A stretch of DNA of 64,000 nucleotides from an uncultured cyanobacterium (lineage in GTDB: Bacteria > Cyanobacteriota > Cyanobacteriia > Leptolyngbyales > Leptolyngbyaceae), in the NCBI GenBank assembly GCA_963766075.1, contig CAVYAN010000063.1:1-64000 (forward strand). Reading direction: 5' to 3'. The position numbers and the translations under genes were made by a program. This document shows positions 10,580 through 20,359 of the stretch, piece by piece. Below the pieces are notes generated by a model. That model ran no database searches, was not told the origin of the DNA, and worked only from the letters and a program-made list of their open reading frames with translations. Position 1 is the first letter of the stretch. Each line of letters opens with the position of its first letter.

Positions 10580-11977
10580 ATGGCTCAGAACAAAGACACA
10601 ACCACGCTGGTGATTTCTCTCGTGATCACGATTGGATTAGTGAGCGCGGGGAGTTGGTGGCTGAGTCAGCGTTGGGGTTCATTGGCTTCCCGGCTAGCGT
10701 CACCCCAGTTATCGTCCGATCGCATCAGTGAAGGACAAAAGATTTTGCTGCCCAGCGAACAGCCCACACCCAAGCAACAGGCCGCCGCCGCACTCAAAAC
10801 GGGCGATCGCGACGCCGCCCGCACGTACTATACTGCTGCCCGACAGGCCGACCAGAATGATCCAGAAACCCTGATTTACCTGGCAAACACACAGATTTCC
10901 GGTCCCTTTCGGGCCATTGCCGTCAGCGTTCCCATCGGCACTGACAGCAATGGTGCCAAGGAAATCCTGCGCGGGGTAGCCCAAGCCCAGGCCGACGTAA
11001 ATGCCAATCTCGATGTGTCCAACGCCCTGAATACCGGCACAACCCGACTACCGCTCAAAGTGATCATCGTCAACGACGACAATAACCCGGAAACGGCACG
11101 CCAACTGGTTCAGCAGTTGATTCAAGATCCGGAGATTCTGGGCGTTGTCGGGCACTATGCCAGCACCGTGACTCTAGCCATGGCCCCTCTCTACACCGAT
11201 GGTCACCTACCCGTCATCTCGCCGATTAGTACCAGCACCCAAATCGCCAATATCAGTCCCTATGTCTTTCGCACAGTGCCTAGCGACTACGTTGCCGCCC
11301 GCAACCTCGCCGATGCCCTCACCCTCAAACTCAAACTCAAAAAAGTCGCCGTTTTCTACAATCCCCAAAGTGCCTACAGCCAGTCGCTCACCACTGAATT
11401 CAAAACCGCCGTCACCTTACTAGGTGGGGAAGTGGTGAACTCAGTGGATCTGGCGGCGGCAAATTTTAATCCCCAATCGGCATTGCAGGCTGCCAAAGCC
11501 CAGGGTGCCCAGGCATTGTTATTCGCAGGCAATACCGCCACAATCGACGCGGCGCTACAGGTGGCTCAAGCCAATCGCGGGGAGATTCCCCTACTGGCGG
11601 GGGATGATTTCTACTCGCCAAAGACCCTAGACGTCGGGCGCAAATCCGTGCTGAATATGATACTGGCAATTCCCTGGCTCAGCGATCGCAATCCTGCCTT
11701 TGCCACCCGCGCCCGCGCACTGTGGCGGGGAGAGGTGAACTGGCGTACCGCCACGGCCTATGACGCCACGCGGGCCTTTGCCGCAGCCATTCAGCAATCC
11801 CCCACCCGCACCGGAATCCAGGAGATCTTGAGATCAGGCAAAATTCTGGTGGAAGATGGAGCCCTAGGACCTGTGCAATTTTCCGCTTCCGGCGATCGCC
11901 CCATTTCAGCCCAACTGGCCCAGATTGTGGAAAATTCGCGGTCGGCTTCAGGCTATAGCTTTGCTCTCGTCAAGTAA
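10580..11977 (+). CDS. Membrane-anchored branched-chain amino acid (LivJ-like) substrate-binding protein
   Basis: TM anchor; EILRGVAQAQ, ILGVVGHYAS, VFRTVPSD, VNWRTATAYDA. Confidence 0.9.
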   Translation: MAQNKDTTTLVISLVITIGLVSAGSWWLSQRWGSLASRLASPQLSSDRISEGQKILLPSEQPTPKQQAAAALKTGDRDAARTYYTAARQADQNDPETLIYLANTQISGPFRAIAVSVPIGTDSNGAKEILRGVAQAQADVNANLDVSNALNTGTTRLPLKVIIVNDDNNPETARQLVQQLIQDPEILGVVGHYASTVTLAMAPLYTDGHLPVISPISTSTQIANISPYVFRTVPSDYVAARNLADALTLKLKLKKVAVFYNPQSAYSQSLTTEFKTAVTLLGGEVVNSVDLAAANFNPQSALQAAKAQGAQALLFAGNTATIDAALQVAQANRGEIPLLAGDDFYSPKTLDVGRKSVLNMILAIPWLSDRNPAFATRARALWRGEVNWRTATAYDATRAFAAAIQQSPTRTGIQEILRSGKILVEDGALGPVQFSASGDRPISAQLAQIVENSRSASGYSFALVK

Positions 11978-12036
11978 GTCAAAATGGCCAGTCAGTCAAA
12001 ATGGCCAGTCAGTCAAGATGGCCAGTCGGTCAAGAT
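11977..12036. repeat. 17-nt tandem repeat (agtcaaaatggccagtc) about x3.5
   Basis: Directly visible at the stop codon of the substrate-binding protein gene. Confidence 0.85.
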
Positions 12037-12053
12037 GATCAGGGGTTAAGAGC

Positions 12054-13457
12054 GTGAAACAACCTGTATGGGCTGTTGTCTGGACACTATTTAGTGCGAT
12101 CGGGACTGCGATCGGATTTGGCGTCACGGCCCAGGCCCAATCTCTACCCACAGACGTTCAAATTAGGGCAATTCTGCGCCAATACATTGATCAAGAGCAA
12201 CAAAGCACCGGCATCGTTGTCGGTGTGATTGAAGAAAAAGGCAACCGCATCATTGCCTACGGCACCCTGGATCAGACAACACCTCGGCCAGTAAGTGGCG
12301 ATACGCTGTTTGAAATTGGCTCAATTACCAAGGTGTTTACGGCTCTGCTGCTCATGCAGAGGGCCGAACAGGGCAACCTCTCGCTGGAGGATCCCATTGC
12401 CAAGTTTTTGCCCCAGTCCGTAAAAATGCCTACGCGCAACGGCAAAGCCATTTCCCTACGGAATTTGGTGACACATACATCTGGGCTGCCGCGCTTACCC
12501 GATAACTTGGCCCCCACCAACGTGGCCAATCCCTATGCCGATTACACCGTCGAGCAACTCTATGCCTTCCTCTCCAGCTACCGATTGCCGCGAGATATTG
12601 GCACGCAATACGAATACTCAAACCTCGGGGCGGGACTACTGGGACACATTCTGAGCCTGAGCACTGGGGTGGATTATGAAACGTTGGTAAAAACCCAAAT
12701 TGCTCAACCCTTGCAGATGCATGACACCCAGATTCATCTGACCGCAGAACAGCGATCGCGGTTTGCCACCGGACATAATGCCTTGGGTAAACCAGTTCCC
12801 TACTGGGACTTGCCGACCCTGGCTGGGGCCGGAGCGCTGCGCTCCACAGCCAACGATCTGTTGAAATTTTTGGCGGCGAATTTGGCATTAACCCCATCCC
12901 CACTGAGGGCAACCCTGCAAAAAACCCATACCATCCAGCAGCAGACGGGCACTCCAGGTATGGCGATCGCCCTCGGGTGGCATAGCCTAAACCGGACTGG
13001 CTCGGAAATTATCTTCCACGATGGCGGTACGGGCGGATTTCGCAGCTTTATTGGCTTTGTGAAGCAAAAACGGTACGGAGTCGTGGTGTTATCGAATTCC
13101 GAAAATAATATTAATGACATTGGGCTGCATCTGCTGGATCCTCAGATCCCTTTAGCAAAACGCCAACCCCCCAAGCACCGGCAGGAGATCGCCATTGATC
13201 CCAAAGTATTGGCGCTCTATGTGGGTCGCTATGAACTGGCTCCCAACTTTATTCTCACCATCACCCAGGCGGAAAATCGCCTCTATGTCCAAGCCACGGG
13301 CCAGCCCAAAGTGGAATTGTTTGCAGAAACAGCCACCCAATTTTTTCTCACCGAAGTGGATGCCCAAATCACATTTATCCGGGAACCACAGGGCACCGTA
13401 AACCGCCTCATTTTGCACCAGGCCGGTCAAGACATTCCTGCCCAAAAATTGGATTAA
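12054..13457 (+). CDS. Serine hydrolase, class C beta-lactamase (AmpC) family with C-terminal DUF3471-like domain
   Basis: Signal peptide; FEIGSITK (SxxK), YEYSN, HDGGTGGF; C-terminal YVGRYELAPNFILTI. Confidence 0.92.
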   Translation: MKQPVWAVVWTLFSAIGTAIGFGVTAQAQSLPTDVQIRAILRQYIDQEQQSTGIVVGVIEEKGNRIIAYGTLDQTTPRPVSGDTLFEIGSITKVFTALLLMQRAEQGNLSLEDPIAKFLPQSVKMPTRNGKAISLRNLVTHTSGLPRLPDNLAPTNVANPYADYTVEQLYAFLSSYRLPRDIGTQYEYSNLGAGLLGHILSLSTGVDYETLVKTQIAQPLQMHDTQIHLTAEQRSRFATGHNALGKPVPYWDLPTLAGAGALRSTANDLLKFLAANLALTPSPLRATLQKTHTIQQQTGTPGMAIALGWHSLNRTGSEIIFHDGGTGGFRSFIGFVKQKRYGVVVLSNSENNINDIGLHLLDPQIPLAKRQPPKHRQEIAIDPKVLALYVGRYELAPNFILTITQAENRLYVQATGQPKVELFAETATQFFLTEVDAQITFIREPQGTVNRLILHQAGQDIPAQKLD

Positions 13458-13598
13458 GGGACTTCCATGAAAATAAACTGCCCGTGAATCCGGTTTCGAC
13501 TACGCTCAACCTTCAGCCAACGCAGGTTGAACGTAGTTTTAGCTTGCTTCCCGCAGAGTCACCCAACCTCCGGGGATGATTTTTTGTTTGTAAGTCCC
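13458..13598. mobile_element. 141-bp MITE with terminal inverted repeats and TAA target duplication
   Basis: TAA|GGGACTTccatgaaaataaa ... tttttgtttgtAAGTCCC|TAA; internal REP-like inverted pair ggtttcgactacgctcaacc / ggttgaacgtagt. Confidence 0.75.
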
Positions 13599-13657
13599 TA
13601 AAGCCCCCTTCACGCAACACGATTCACTTTGGGCACCCTAGGCAAACCGCCCTAAAC

Positions 13658-13801
13658 ATGGCTCTATCCATGTCGAAAATTTCCCAATTGCACCTCGTGT
13701 TTTTTACTCTGATGGCGATCGCCCTCCTGATGATCGAATACCAAAAAGCCCAGAACTCGCCAGTCCCAGCCCCAGCCCATCGGGCACTGCCCCATGCTTA
13801 A
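13658..13801 (+). CDS. Putative 47-aa small single-pass membrane protein (below the ORF-track cutoff)
   Basis: MALSMSKISQLHLVFFTLMAIALLMIEYQKAQNSPVPAPAHRALPHA*; one hydrophobic helix. Confidence 0.45.
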   Translation: MALSMSKISQLHLVFFTLMAIALLMIEYQKAQNSPVPAPAHRALPHA

Positions 13802-13851
13802 GCTCGCCTGCACACTCTAGAATCATCGGTTAGGTTCCCGGCAGATCTCCG

Positions 13852-15681
13852 TTGGGGGATAATAGCAGCGATCGCCCCACCGCCCCCTGGGTTACCATGC
13901 CAAACTTGCCAAGTCCCAAATTACCCAGTCCCAAATTAGCCCCCTGTCATGCTGTCCAGTCGCTGTTGTGCGTGCTGATCGGCTTCTCCCTAGCCCTCAA
14001 GGCCCAGGCATCCCCTTACTCCGATCGCGGCACCCAGGGCCTCGTCACCTCGGCCCATCCCCTCGCCAGTGAAGCCGGTATCAAAATGCTGCACCAAGGC
14101 GGTAATGCCGTAGATGCCGCCGTTGCAACCACCTTTGCCATTTCCGTTGTCGAGCCCTTTTCAGCAGGAATTGGCGGCGGGGGCTTTTTGCTGCTACGGG
14201 TAGGAGCAACCGGGCAGATCAAAGCCTTGGATTTTCGGGAACGGGCACCGCTGGCGGCCACTCGCACCCTCTATCTGGATGCCCAGGGCAAGGTGCGTCC
14301 CCAGGCCAGTACAGATGGTCACTTAGCCGTCGCCGTTCCGGGAACGGTGGCAGGGCTCTATGAAGTGCATCGGCGCTATGGCAAACTGCCCTGGAAACAG
14401 GTGGTGGATCCGGCCATTCAACTGGCCGCCCAGGGATTTCCCGTGAGTTGGCGGTTGGCCGCCGCCACCGCGAGCCAAAAAACGCTGCTCAGCCATAGGG
14501 CAGGACGGCAAATTTTTACGCGCAATGGCGTGCCCTTGGGATTGGGCGATCGCCTGATCCAAACCGATCTGGCCCAAACGCTAACCGCCATCGCCGCCGA
14601 TCCCCAGAGCTTCTATACCGGCAAGGTAGGCACCGCGATCGTGCACGATATGGCCGCTAACGGGGGCTTAATTACCCAAAAGGACTTGCAGAACTATCGG
14701 CCAATCTGGCGCGAACCCGTCTGTGGCAATTTTCATCAAACCCGCATCTGTTCCATGCCACCGCCCTCATCCGGAGGGGTGCATCTGCTGCAAATGCTCA
14801 ATATTATCGACCCCGACCCCAAAGATCTGCCCAAAAACACGCCCAGCAATTTCGCCACCCTGGGCTGGCACAGTCCCGATGCCCTGCACCTGTTGATCGA
14901 AGCCATGCGGATTGCCTATGCCGATCGCGCCGAATACCTGGGCGATCCGGCCTTCGTGTCGGTACCTGTGACCGCCTTGATCAGCCCTGCCTACGCCAAG
15001 TTACGCCGTCAAGAAATTGATCCGCAAAAAGCGCGCCCTTCCAGTCGCGTCACGTTTGGGGATCCCCACCTGATTCAACGCCTGAATACCGCCAAAGAAT
15101 CCTCTGAAACCAGCCACCTAAATGCCGTCGATGCCGCCGGCAATGCCGTCAGCCTCACCTTTACGATTAACCTCGGCTTTGGGGCGGGCGTGGTGGCGGC
15201 GGGCACCGGCATCGTCCTCAATAATGAAATGGACGATTTTGCCATTGCCCCGGATGTGCCCAACGCCTTTGGCTTGGTGGGACGGGATGCCAATGCGATC
15301 GCCCCCGGCAAAACCCCGCTGTCCAGCATGACCCCAACCATCGTGACGGAAAATCAGCACATCCGACTGGTCACTGGCTCTCCTGGCGGCAGCACCATCA
15401 TCACCACCGTCCTGCAAATTGTCTTGAACGTGCTCGTCTATGACATGCCCATAGACAAGGCCGTCGCGGCTCCCCGATTGCATCATCAGTGGTTGCCCGA
15501 TCGCACCCTAGTTGATCGGTGGGGCTTTGATCCCTTAACCTTGGCCGAACTGCGCCGTCGGGGGCATCAATTCACCGAGCGCGAAGGCTGGGGCAATGCC
15601 AACGCCATCGTCCGCCAGCCCAATGGCCTCTTTGTTGGGGCCGCCGATCCGCGCGGGGAAGGGGCCGCGATCGGATTTTAG
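13852..15681 (+). CDS. ggt: Gamma-glutamyltransferase
   Basis: GGNAVDAAVA, DFRERAP, ETSH (autoprocessing Thr), LNNEMDDF, PLSSMTP, GSPGGSTI, ADPRGEG; start may be ATG 13897. Confidence 0.96.
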   Translation: MGDNSSDRPTAPWVTMPNLPSPKLPSPKLAPCHAVQSLLCVLIGFSLALKAQASPYSDRGTQGLVTSAHPLASEAGIKMLHQGGNAVDAAVATTFAISVVEPFSAGIGGGGFLLLRVGATGQIKALDFRERAPLAATRTLYLDAQGKVRPQASTDGHLAVAVPGTVAGLYEVHRRYGKLPWKQVVDPAIQLAAQGFPVSWRLAAATASQKTLLSHRAGRQIFTRNGVPLGLGDRLIQTDLAQTLTAIAADPQSFYTGKVGTAIVHDMAANGGLITQKDLQNYRPIWREPVCGNFHQTRICSMPPPSSGGVHLLQMLNIIDPDPKDLPKNTPSNFATLGWHSPDALHLLIEAMRIAYADRAEYLGDPAFVSVPVTALISPAYAKLRRQEIDPQKARPSSRVTFGDPHLIQRLNTAKESSETSHLNAVDAAGNAVSLTFTINLGFGAGVVAAGTGIVLNNEMDDFAIAPDVPNAFGLVGRDANAIAPGKTPLSSMTPTIVTENQHIRLVTGSPGGSTIITTVLQIVLNVLVYDMPIDKAVAAPRLHHQWLPDRTLVDRWGFDPLTLAELRRRGHQFTEREGWGNANAIVRQPNGLFVGAADPRGEGAAIGF

Positions 15682-15718
15682 CAGTGGCCATTTTAGCGGT
15701 GAATATTTTAGCAGTAGA

Positions 15719-16216
15719 CTATGTGCCGATTACGTATTTTCGCCACTCTTGGTTCACGCCATTTTTGACATACTTACTCACCTCAAAATACAGGCCGCTG
15801 TGGGGACGGTGCGGCGCTACATCCAACAACATGCCAGCTTCCTTCGGCGTGCGGTTGCCTTTTTTGACATTGCAGCGCACACAGGCCGTCACAATATTTT
15901 CCCAACTGTCGCCGCCCCCACGCGATCGCGGCACCACATGATCGAGCGTCAGTTCATCGCCGGTGTAGCCGCAGTACTGGCAACTATGGGCATCGCGATG
16001 CAAAAGATTGCGGCGAGTCAGGGGAATTTCTTTGTAGGGCACCCGCACATAGTGCCGCAGCCGAATCACCGTCGGCAAAGGGAAGCCCGAATAAATATAC
16101 TTACCGTTGTGTTCAACCTGCTCTGCTTTGCCTTTGATTAGCAGAACGACGGCCCTACGCCAGCTTGTAATGTTCAGCGGTTCGTAGGAGGCATTGAGCA
16201 CCAAAACCTTGCCCAT
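15719..16216 (-). CDS. HNH endonuclease (McrA-like)
   Basis: VLVLNASYEPL, CQYCG, LTLDHVVPRSRGG, CVRCNVKKG. Confidence 0.95.
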   Translation of the reverse strand: MGKVLVLNASYEPLNITSWRRAVVLLIKGKAEQVEHNGKYIYSGFPLPTVIRLRHYVRVPYKEIPLTRRNLLHRDAHSCQYCGYTGDELTLDHVVPRSRGGGDSWENIVTACVRCNVKKGNRTPKEAGMLLDVAPHRPHSGLYFEVSKYVKNGVNQEWRKYVIGT

Positions 16217-16316
16217 GCTAATTCAGTTAAGAGAATTGTTACCCAGATACTAGCATATTCGTTCTAGGGGAGCAGTCTCCCGACTGTCGGTCTTTTCCCC
16301 ACTGGTTTTTAATCGG

Positions 16317-16718
16317 CTACAGTTCTTCTAAGCGGGTAATATCATCCTCGCCCAAATACTCGCCGTTCTGAACTTCAATCATCACCAGGGGAATTACCCC
16401 AGGATTTTCTACCCGGTGGGGAGTACACATGGGCACATAGGTGGATTGCTTCTGGATCAGCACGGTTTCTTTACCATCACAAACCACTTTGGCCGTACCG
16501 GAAACCACGATCCAGTGTTCGCTGCGATGGTAATGCATCTGGGTCGTAATGTGCTGCCCAGGGGCCACTTCAATGCGGTTAATGCGGTAGTGGTTACCTT
16601 CCTCCAGCAGCGTCACTCTACCCCAAGGGGGGGTACGAATCGGATCGGGAGTGACGGTGCAGGAGATGCGATCGCCCACCGCTACAGAATCTTCGGTCAA
16701 TCCATTGCCAGCACTCAT
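16317..16718 (-). CDS. Cupin protein, mannose-6-phosphate isomerase type II C-terminal-like
   Basis: PWG, QMHYHRSEHWIVVSG, HRVENPG, IEVQNGEYLGEDDI. Confidence 0.92.
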   Translation of the reverse strand: MSAGNGLTEDSVAVGDRISCTVTPDPIRTPPWGRVTLLEEGNHYRINRIEVAPGQHITTQMHYHRSEHWIVVSGTAKVVCDGKETVLIQKQSTYVPMCTPHRVENPGVIPLVMIEVQNGEYLGEDDITRLEEL

Positions 16719-16883
16719 AACGTTGACTCACGATAAAGTTCAGGATGATCACCCAAAGCACCGCAGTGCTTGTTCCAGGGTATAACCTCTCGGGCCAATG
16801 CAAAGTTCACTCGGAACGCCTCTGCCTTAATTCTTAATTTAATTGTAGCGCTGCCTATAGGATCACCAAGGTCACTAGAGTGG

Positions 16884-17360
16884 TCACGAGGAGTGGGTCG
16901 GCGGTTTGCTAAAAATTCCCAGCAGTAGGCAACCAATGCCTACATTAATAAACACATCCGCCAAATTGAAAATGGGAAACTGGATCAGGCGAAAGTCTAA
17001 AAAATCCACCACTTGACCCAGGATAAAGCGATCGATGCCATTGCCCAAGGCCCCCGACAAAATAAAACCATAGCCCGCCTGTTCCCAACGACTCAGCTTG
17101 GGTCCAAACCACGCCATCAGCAACAACACCACACTCACGCCCAAAGACAACCAGCGCAGCCAGCCCACCCCCTGGTTAAATAGGCTAAACGCAGCCCCGG
17201 TATTCACAACGTAGGTCAAGTGAAACACACCGGGAAGCAGGGGCAAGGTCGCCGGCGGCACAGTCAGGGTAAAGGTATACACCACCAAAAACTTAGACAG
17301 GCGGTCCAGCACCAAGCCCAAAAAGGCAAACAACCAAAAATATCGATTTGTCTTGAACAT
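16884..17360 (-). CDS. lspA: Lipoprotein signal peptidase II
   Basis: NTGAAFS, GALGNGIDR, VVDFLD, FNLAD. Confidence 0.96.
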   Translation of the reverse strand: MFKTNRYFWLFAFLGLVLDRLSKFLVVYTFTLTVPPATLPLLPGVFHLTYVVNTGAAFSLFNQGVGWLRWLSLGVSVVLLLMAWFGPKLSRWEQAGYGFILSGALGNGIDRFILGQVVDFLDFRLIQFPIFNLADVFINVGIGCLLLGIFSKPPTHSS

Positions 17361-17531
17361 GGAGCCTACTATTTGGGATTTGGGATAGCGCTGCGCGCCG
17401 ATAGACTAAAGGATTTTGGTACCAGTGCCGATCGCACCTTCCCCTCAGCACTGACGGCCTCGCGCCACGACCAAAATCACCCATCCAAACGCCAATACCG
17501 CACGGTCCATAGCATCACGGTCCATAGAATT

Positions 17532-18128
17532 CTAATAAAACAAGGCATGGCGCAGTACAAAGGCAATCACTGTCGTGCAGCAGATCATCGCGAACTGTCC
17601 CGGCAGGGGATACACAGAATATTTCAGCACGGCTTGCAGGAGGGGCAGTTTGCCAGTGGTCAGCCATCCCATGGAGGCACTGGCCACTAGATAACCAATG
17701 CCAACGCCGTGAATGCTAAGAAGGCCACACAGGCAGCTAAACGCCAGAGACTCCAGGCGGGGCAGAACATTGAAGGCTAAAAAACCGCAAATCCAGGCCC
17801 CTGGGATAAAGCCGAGTAAGTAGCCAAAGGTGGGTTGGTGCAGGTAGCCCATGCCACCGCCCTGCGCAAAGATGGGAAACCAACTGAGTCCCAACAAGAT
17901 ATAGGCAATTTGAGAGAGGGCCCCGGCAGTACGCCCCCCCAAGCAGCCCACGAGCAGGACCGCGCCCACCTGATAAGTTACTCCGAGAGGATAGGTGTGG
18001 ACACCGGGCGGGGTCAAGCTACCACTGGGAATTGCCACAAAAGCATCTAGGAATGTACCCCCAATCGTGAGGAACAACCCAATTAATGCCCACAGCAACT
18101 CACTGGAGGTAGCCATTACATGTATCAA
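17532..18128 (-). CDS. bioY: Biotin transporter BioY
   Basis: Multiple TMs; QIAYILLGL..PIFAQGGG...PTFGYLLGF. Confidence 0.92.
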   Translation of the reverse strand: MIHVMATSSELLWALIGLFLTIGGTFLDAFVAIPSGSLTPPGVHTYPLGVTYQVGAVLLVGCLGGRTAGALSQIAYILLGLSWFPIFAQGGGMGYLHQPTFGYLLGFIPGAWICGFLAFNVLPRLESLAFSCLCGLLSIHGVGIGYLVASASMGWLTTGKLPLLQAVLKYSVYPLPGQFAMICCTTVIAFVLRHALFY

Positions 18129-18211
18129 ATCCGTTGCTGCCTTTGATGGGAGAGGATCTGGGGGCGATCGCCAACTCAGGAGGGAATTGTAACACTTGAA
18201 CGTGATCCGGC

Positions 18212-18634
18212 TTACTCGATTTCGGCTGGCCGTTGGTGGGTCACTTCAATTACCGTATGGACGTTCCCTCGGGGGGTAAAGTCGCCCTTAATGTGCATTT
18301 CTAGAGGGTCACAGGCGGCAACCAAGTCATCCAGAATTTGATTAATGGATTCTTCATGGGAAATGTAGCGATCGCGATAACTATTGATGTACAGCTTAAT
18401 CGCTTTCAACTCCACCACCCGCAGGTGCGGCACATAGCGAATCGAAATCGTCGCAAAGTCCGGATACCCTGAAAATGGGCATTTACAGGTAAACTCCGGC
18501 AGCGTAATGCTAATGCTATAGCAGCGGCCCACCCGAGGATTGGGAAAGGTAATTAGCCGACCTTCGGTAATCAATCGTTCGCCATATTTCTCATCCTGCG
18601 CGGGTGCAGTGTCTGAAGGTGTAGTTTGGCTCAT
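18212..18634 (-). CDS. queF: preQ0 reductase (7-cyano-7-deazaguanine reductase)
   Basis: PEFTCKCPFSGYPDFA, VELKAIKLY, SHEE, FTPRGN. Confidence 0.96.
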   Translation of the reverse strand: MSQTTPSDTAPAQDEKYGERLITEGRLITFPNPRVGRCYSISITLPEFTCKCPFSGYPDFATISIRYVPHLRVVELKAIKLYINSYRDRYISHEESINQILDDLVAACDPLEMHIKGDFTPRGNVHTVIEVTHQRPAEIE

Positions 18635-18826
18635 GAGGCAGGGCAGCGCAAATTTTTGCTGTCTAATTTTTGACTATCTCATCTTAGGGCAAACCTCACC
18701 CCTAGACCTGCCGGTCTTTTCACCCAGTCTAAAGAAATCCCTCTTTTTCCCACAAAACTCGTGCGCTTTTTCTGATTTCGGCTATCCTGAGCGTACTTTC
18801 TGGACGCTCAGCCGACAATTCGGACT

Positions 18827-19435
18827 ATGCCACCCCACCTTAATTCCCAACTGAATATGCCAACTGCTCCCGTTTCGAGTTTTTCTGGATTGCCCACTGT
18901 GAATAACTCTTCTTCCAATCATTATTCACCCTCTGTTCCCATCTCCGTCTATCGGGAACTGGCGGCTGAACTGAGTTCTACCCGCACCCAGATGCAAACC
19001 TACAAATTCCAAAATCAGCAGCTTGTGGAGCAGAACCAAAAACTGCGCCTAGAAATTGAGCGGGTGGTCCAGTCTGCGCTGTATCTGCGCCAGGTTGCCG
19101 ATGGCCAGGGCACTAATTATCCTGGGGCTAACTATCCTGGACCTGACCCGTCTGGCTCCGATCAGCCTGAACTGGATTATCCCATGCCTTCCCTAGCGCA
19201 TCCGGTGCCTGCGCCAACCGCCCCCCGGAAACGTCCAACCACTCTGAAGCGAGCGGCATCGGAAACACCGGAGCGCTTGGTCACCGAACAACAGGAACCG
19301 CAACCGCGGCGGTCGAACAGTCGGCCTGCCTCGGGACTCAATGGCGGCTGGCTGATGCTGATTATCAGTGTCATTGTCATCACCGCCTTTGGAACGGGGT
19401 TTCTGATTGTGCGGCCACTTTTGCCCACGCGCTAG
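18827..19435 (+). CDS. Hypothetical coiled-coil protein with C-terminal TM anchor
   Basis: SVPISVYRELAAEL coiled coil, Pro-rich linker, C-terminal hydrophobic helix. Confidence 0.8.
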   Translation: MPPHLNSQLNMPTAPVSSFSGLPTVNNSSSNHYSPSVPISVYRELAAELSSTRTQMQTYKFQNQQLVEQNQKLRLEIERVVQSALYLRQVADGQGTNYPGANYPGPDPSGSDQPELDYPMPSLAHPVPAPTAPRKRPTTLKRAASETPERLVTEQQEPQPRRSNSRPASGLNGGWLMLIISVIVITAFGTGFLIVRPLLPTR

Positions 19436-19753
19436 ATTAAGCCTAGCTCCGGTATGGCCAATCTTCCTAATTGTGTCTGATTAACGGGGAGATAGCCCCG
19501 CTTTCCGGCTCAGACTGGAAAGAATTCTTACGGAAGCGGAAGAGTTCTGCAAGGCATCGCATAATAAATGCGGAACATGAGTTGGCTACCTGGCCGCTAC
19601 TGCTGGGGATTTTGCTGGCGCGTCTGGGCCTGTATGTCTCGAAATGTATATCCCAGAATGTATATTTAGCTGCAACATGCGTGTCGGCGATTGCTCTACA
19701 TAATGACAGGCTCAATACCTGATCTCAGTAGCCGATGTCAGGAGCCGATATGA

Positions 19754-20137
<384 letters not shown>

Positions 20138-20239
20138 GGGATGCTTGCGGAGCCTGTAATCTCCGTGCAGTTTTAACTTCTGTTTCTGTTCAGTTTTAAT
20201 TTCTGTTCAGTCTTAATTTCAACAAGACGACTGAACTGG

Positions 20240-20276
20240 GGCACTCCTGAATTTAATTTTAGGAGTGCCTTTTGTT
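20240..20276 (+). terminator. Intrinsic terminator downstream of glnB
   Basis: ggcactcct / aggagtgcc stem followed by ttttgtt. Confidence 0.75.
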
Positions 20277-20359
20277 ATAGAGGCTAGGGTTGTGAACGCC
20301 AGTCTCTAATTTCGTGTGATTAACTTTCGTGTGACTAACGCTGAGGTGGAAGGGCGGGG

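Noticed and set aside
15719..16216. HNH nuclease as a defence or mobile element
   Set aside because: Stand-alone short HNH of a common cyanobacterial type amid housekeeping genes; no methylase, RNA or IS ends nearby.
16252..16265. LexA-like box upstream of the HNH gene (AGCATATTCGTTCT)
   Set aside because: Two mismatches in one half-site; could simply be the promoter -10 region.
19660..19673. NtcA box upstream of glnB (GTA-N8-TGC)
   Set aside because: Mismatch to GTA-N8-TAC, it sits within a 14-nt tandem repeat, and spacing to the -10-like element is imperfect. Plausible but not supportable.
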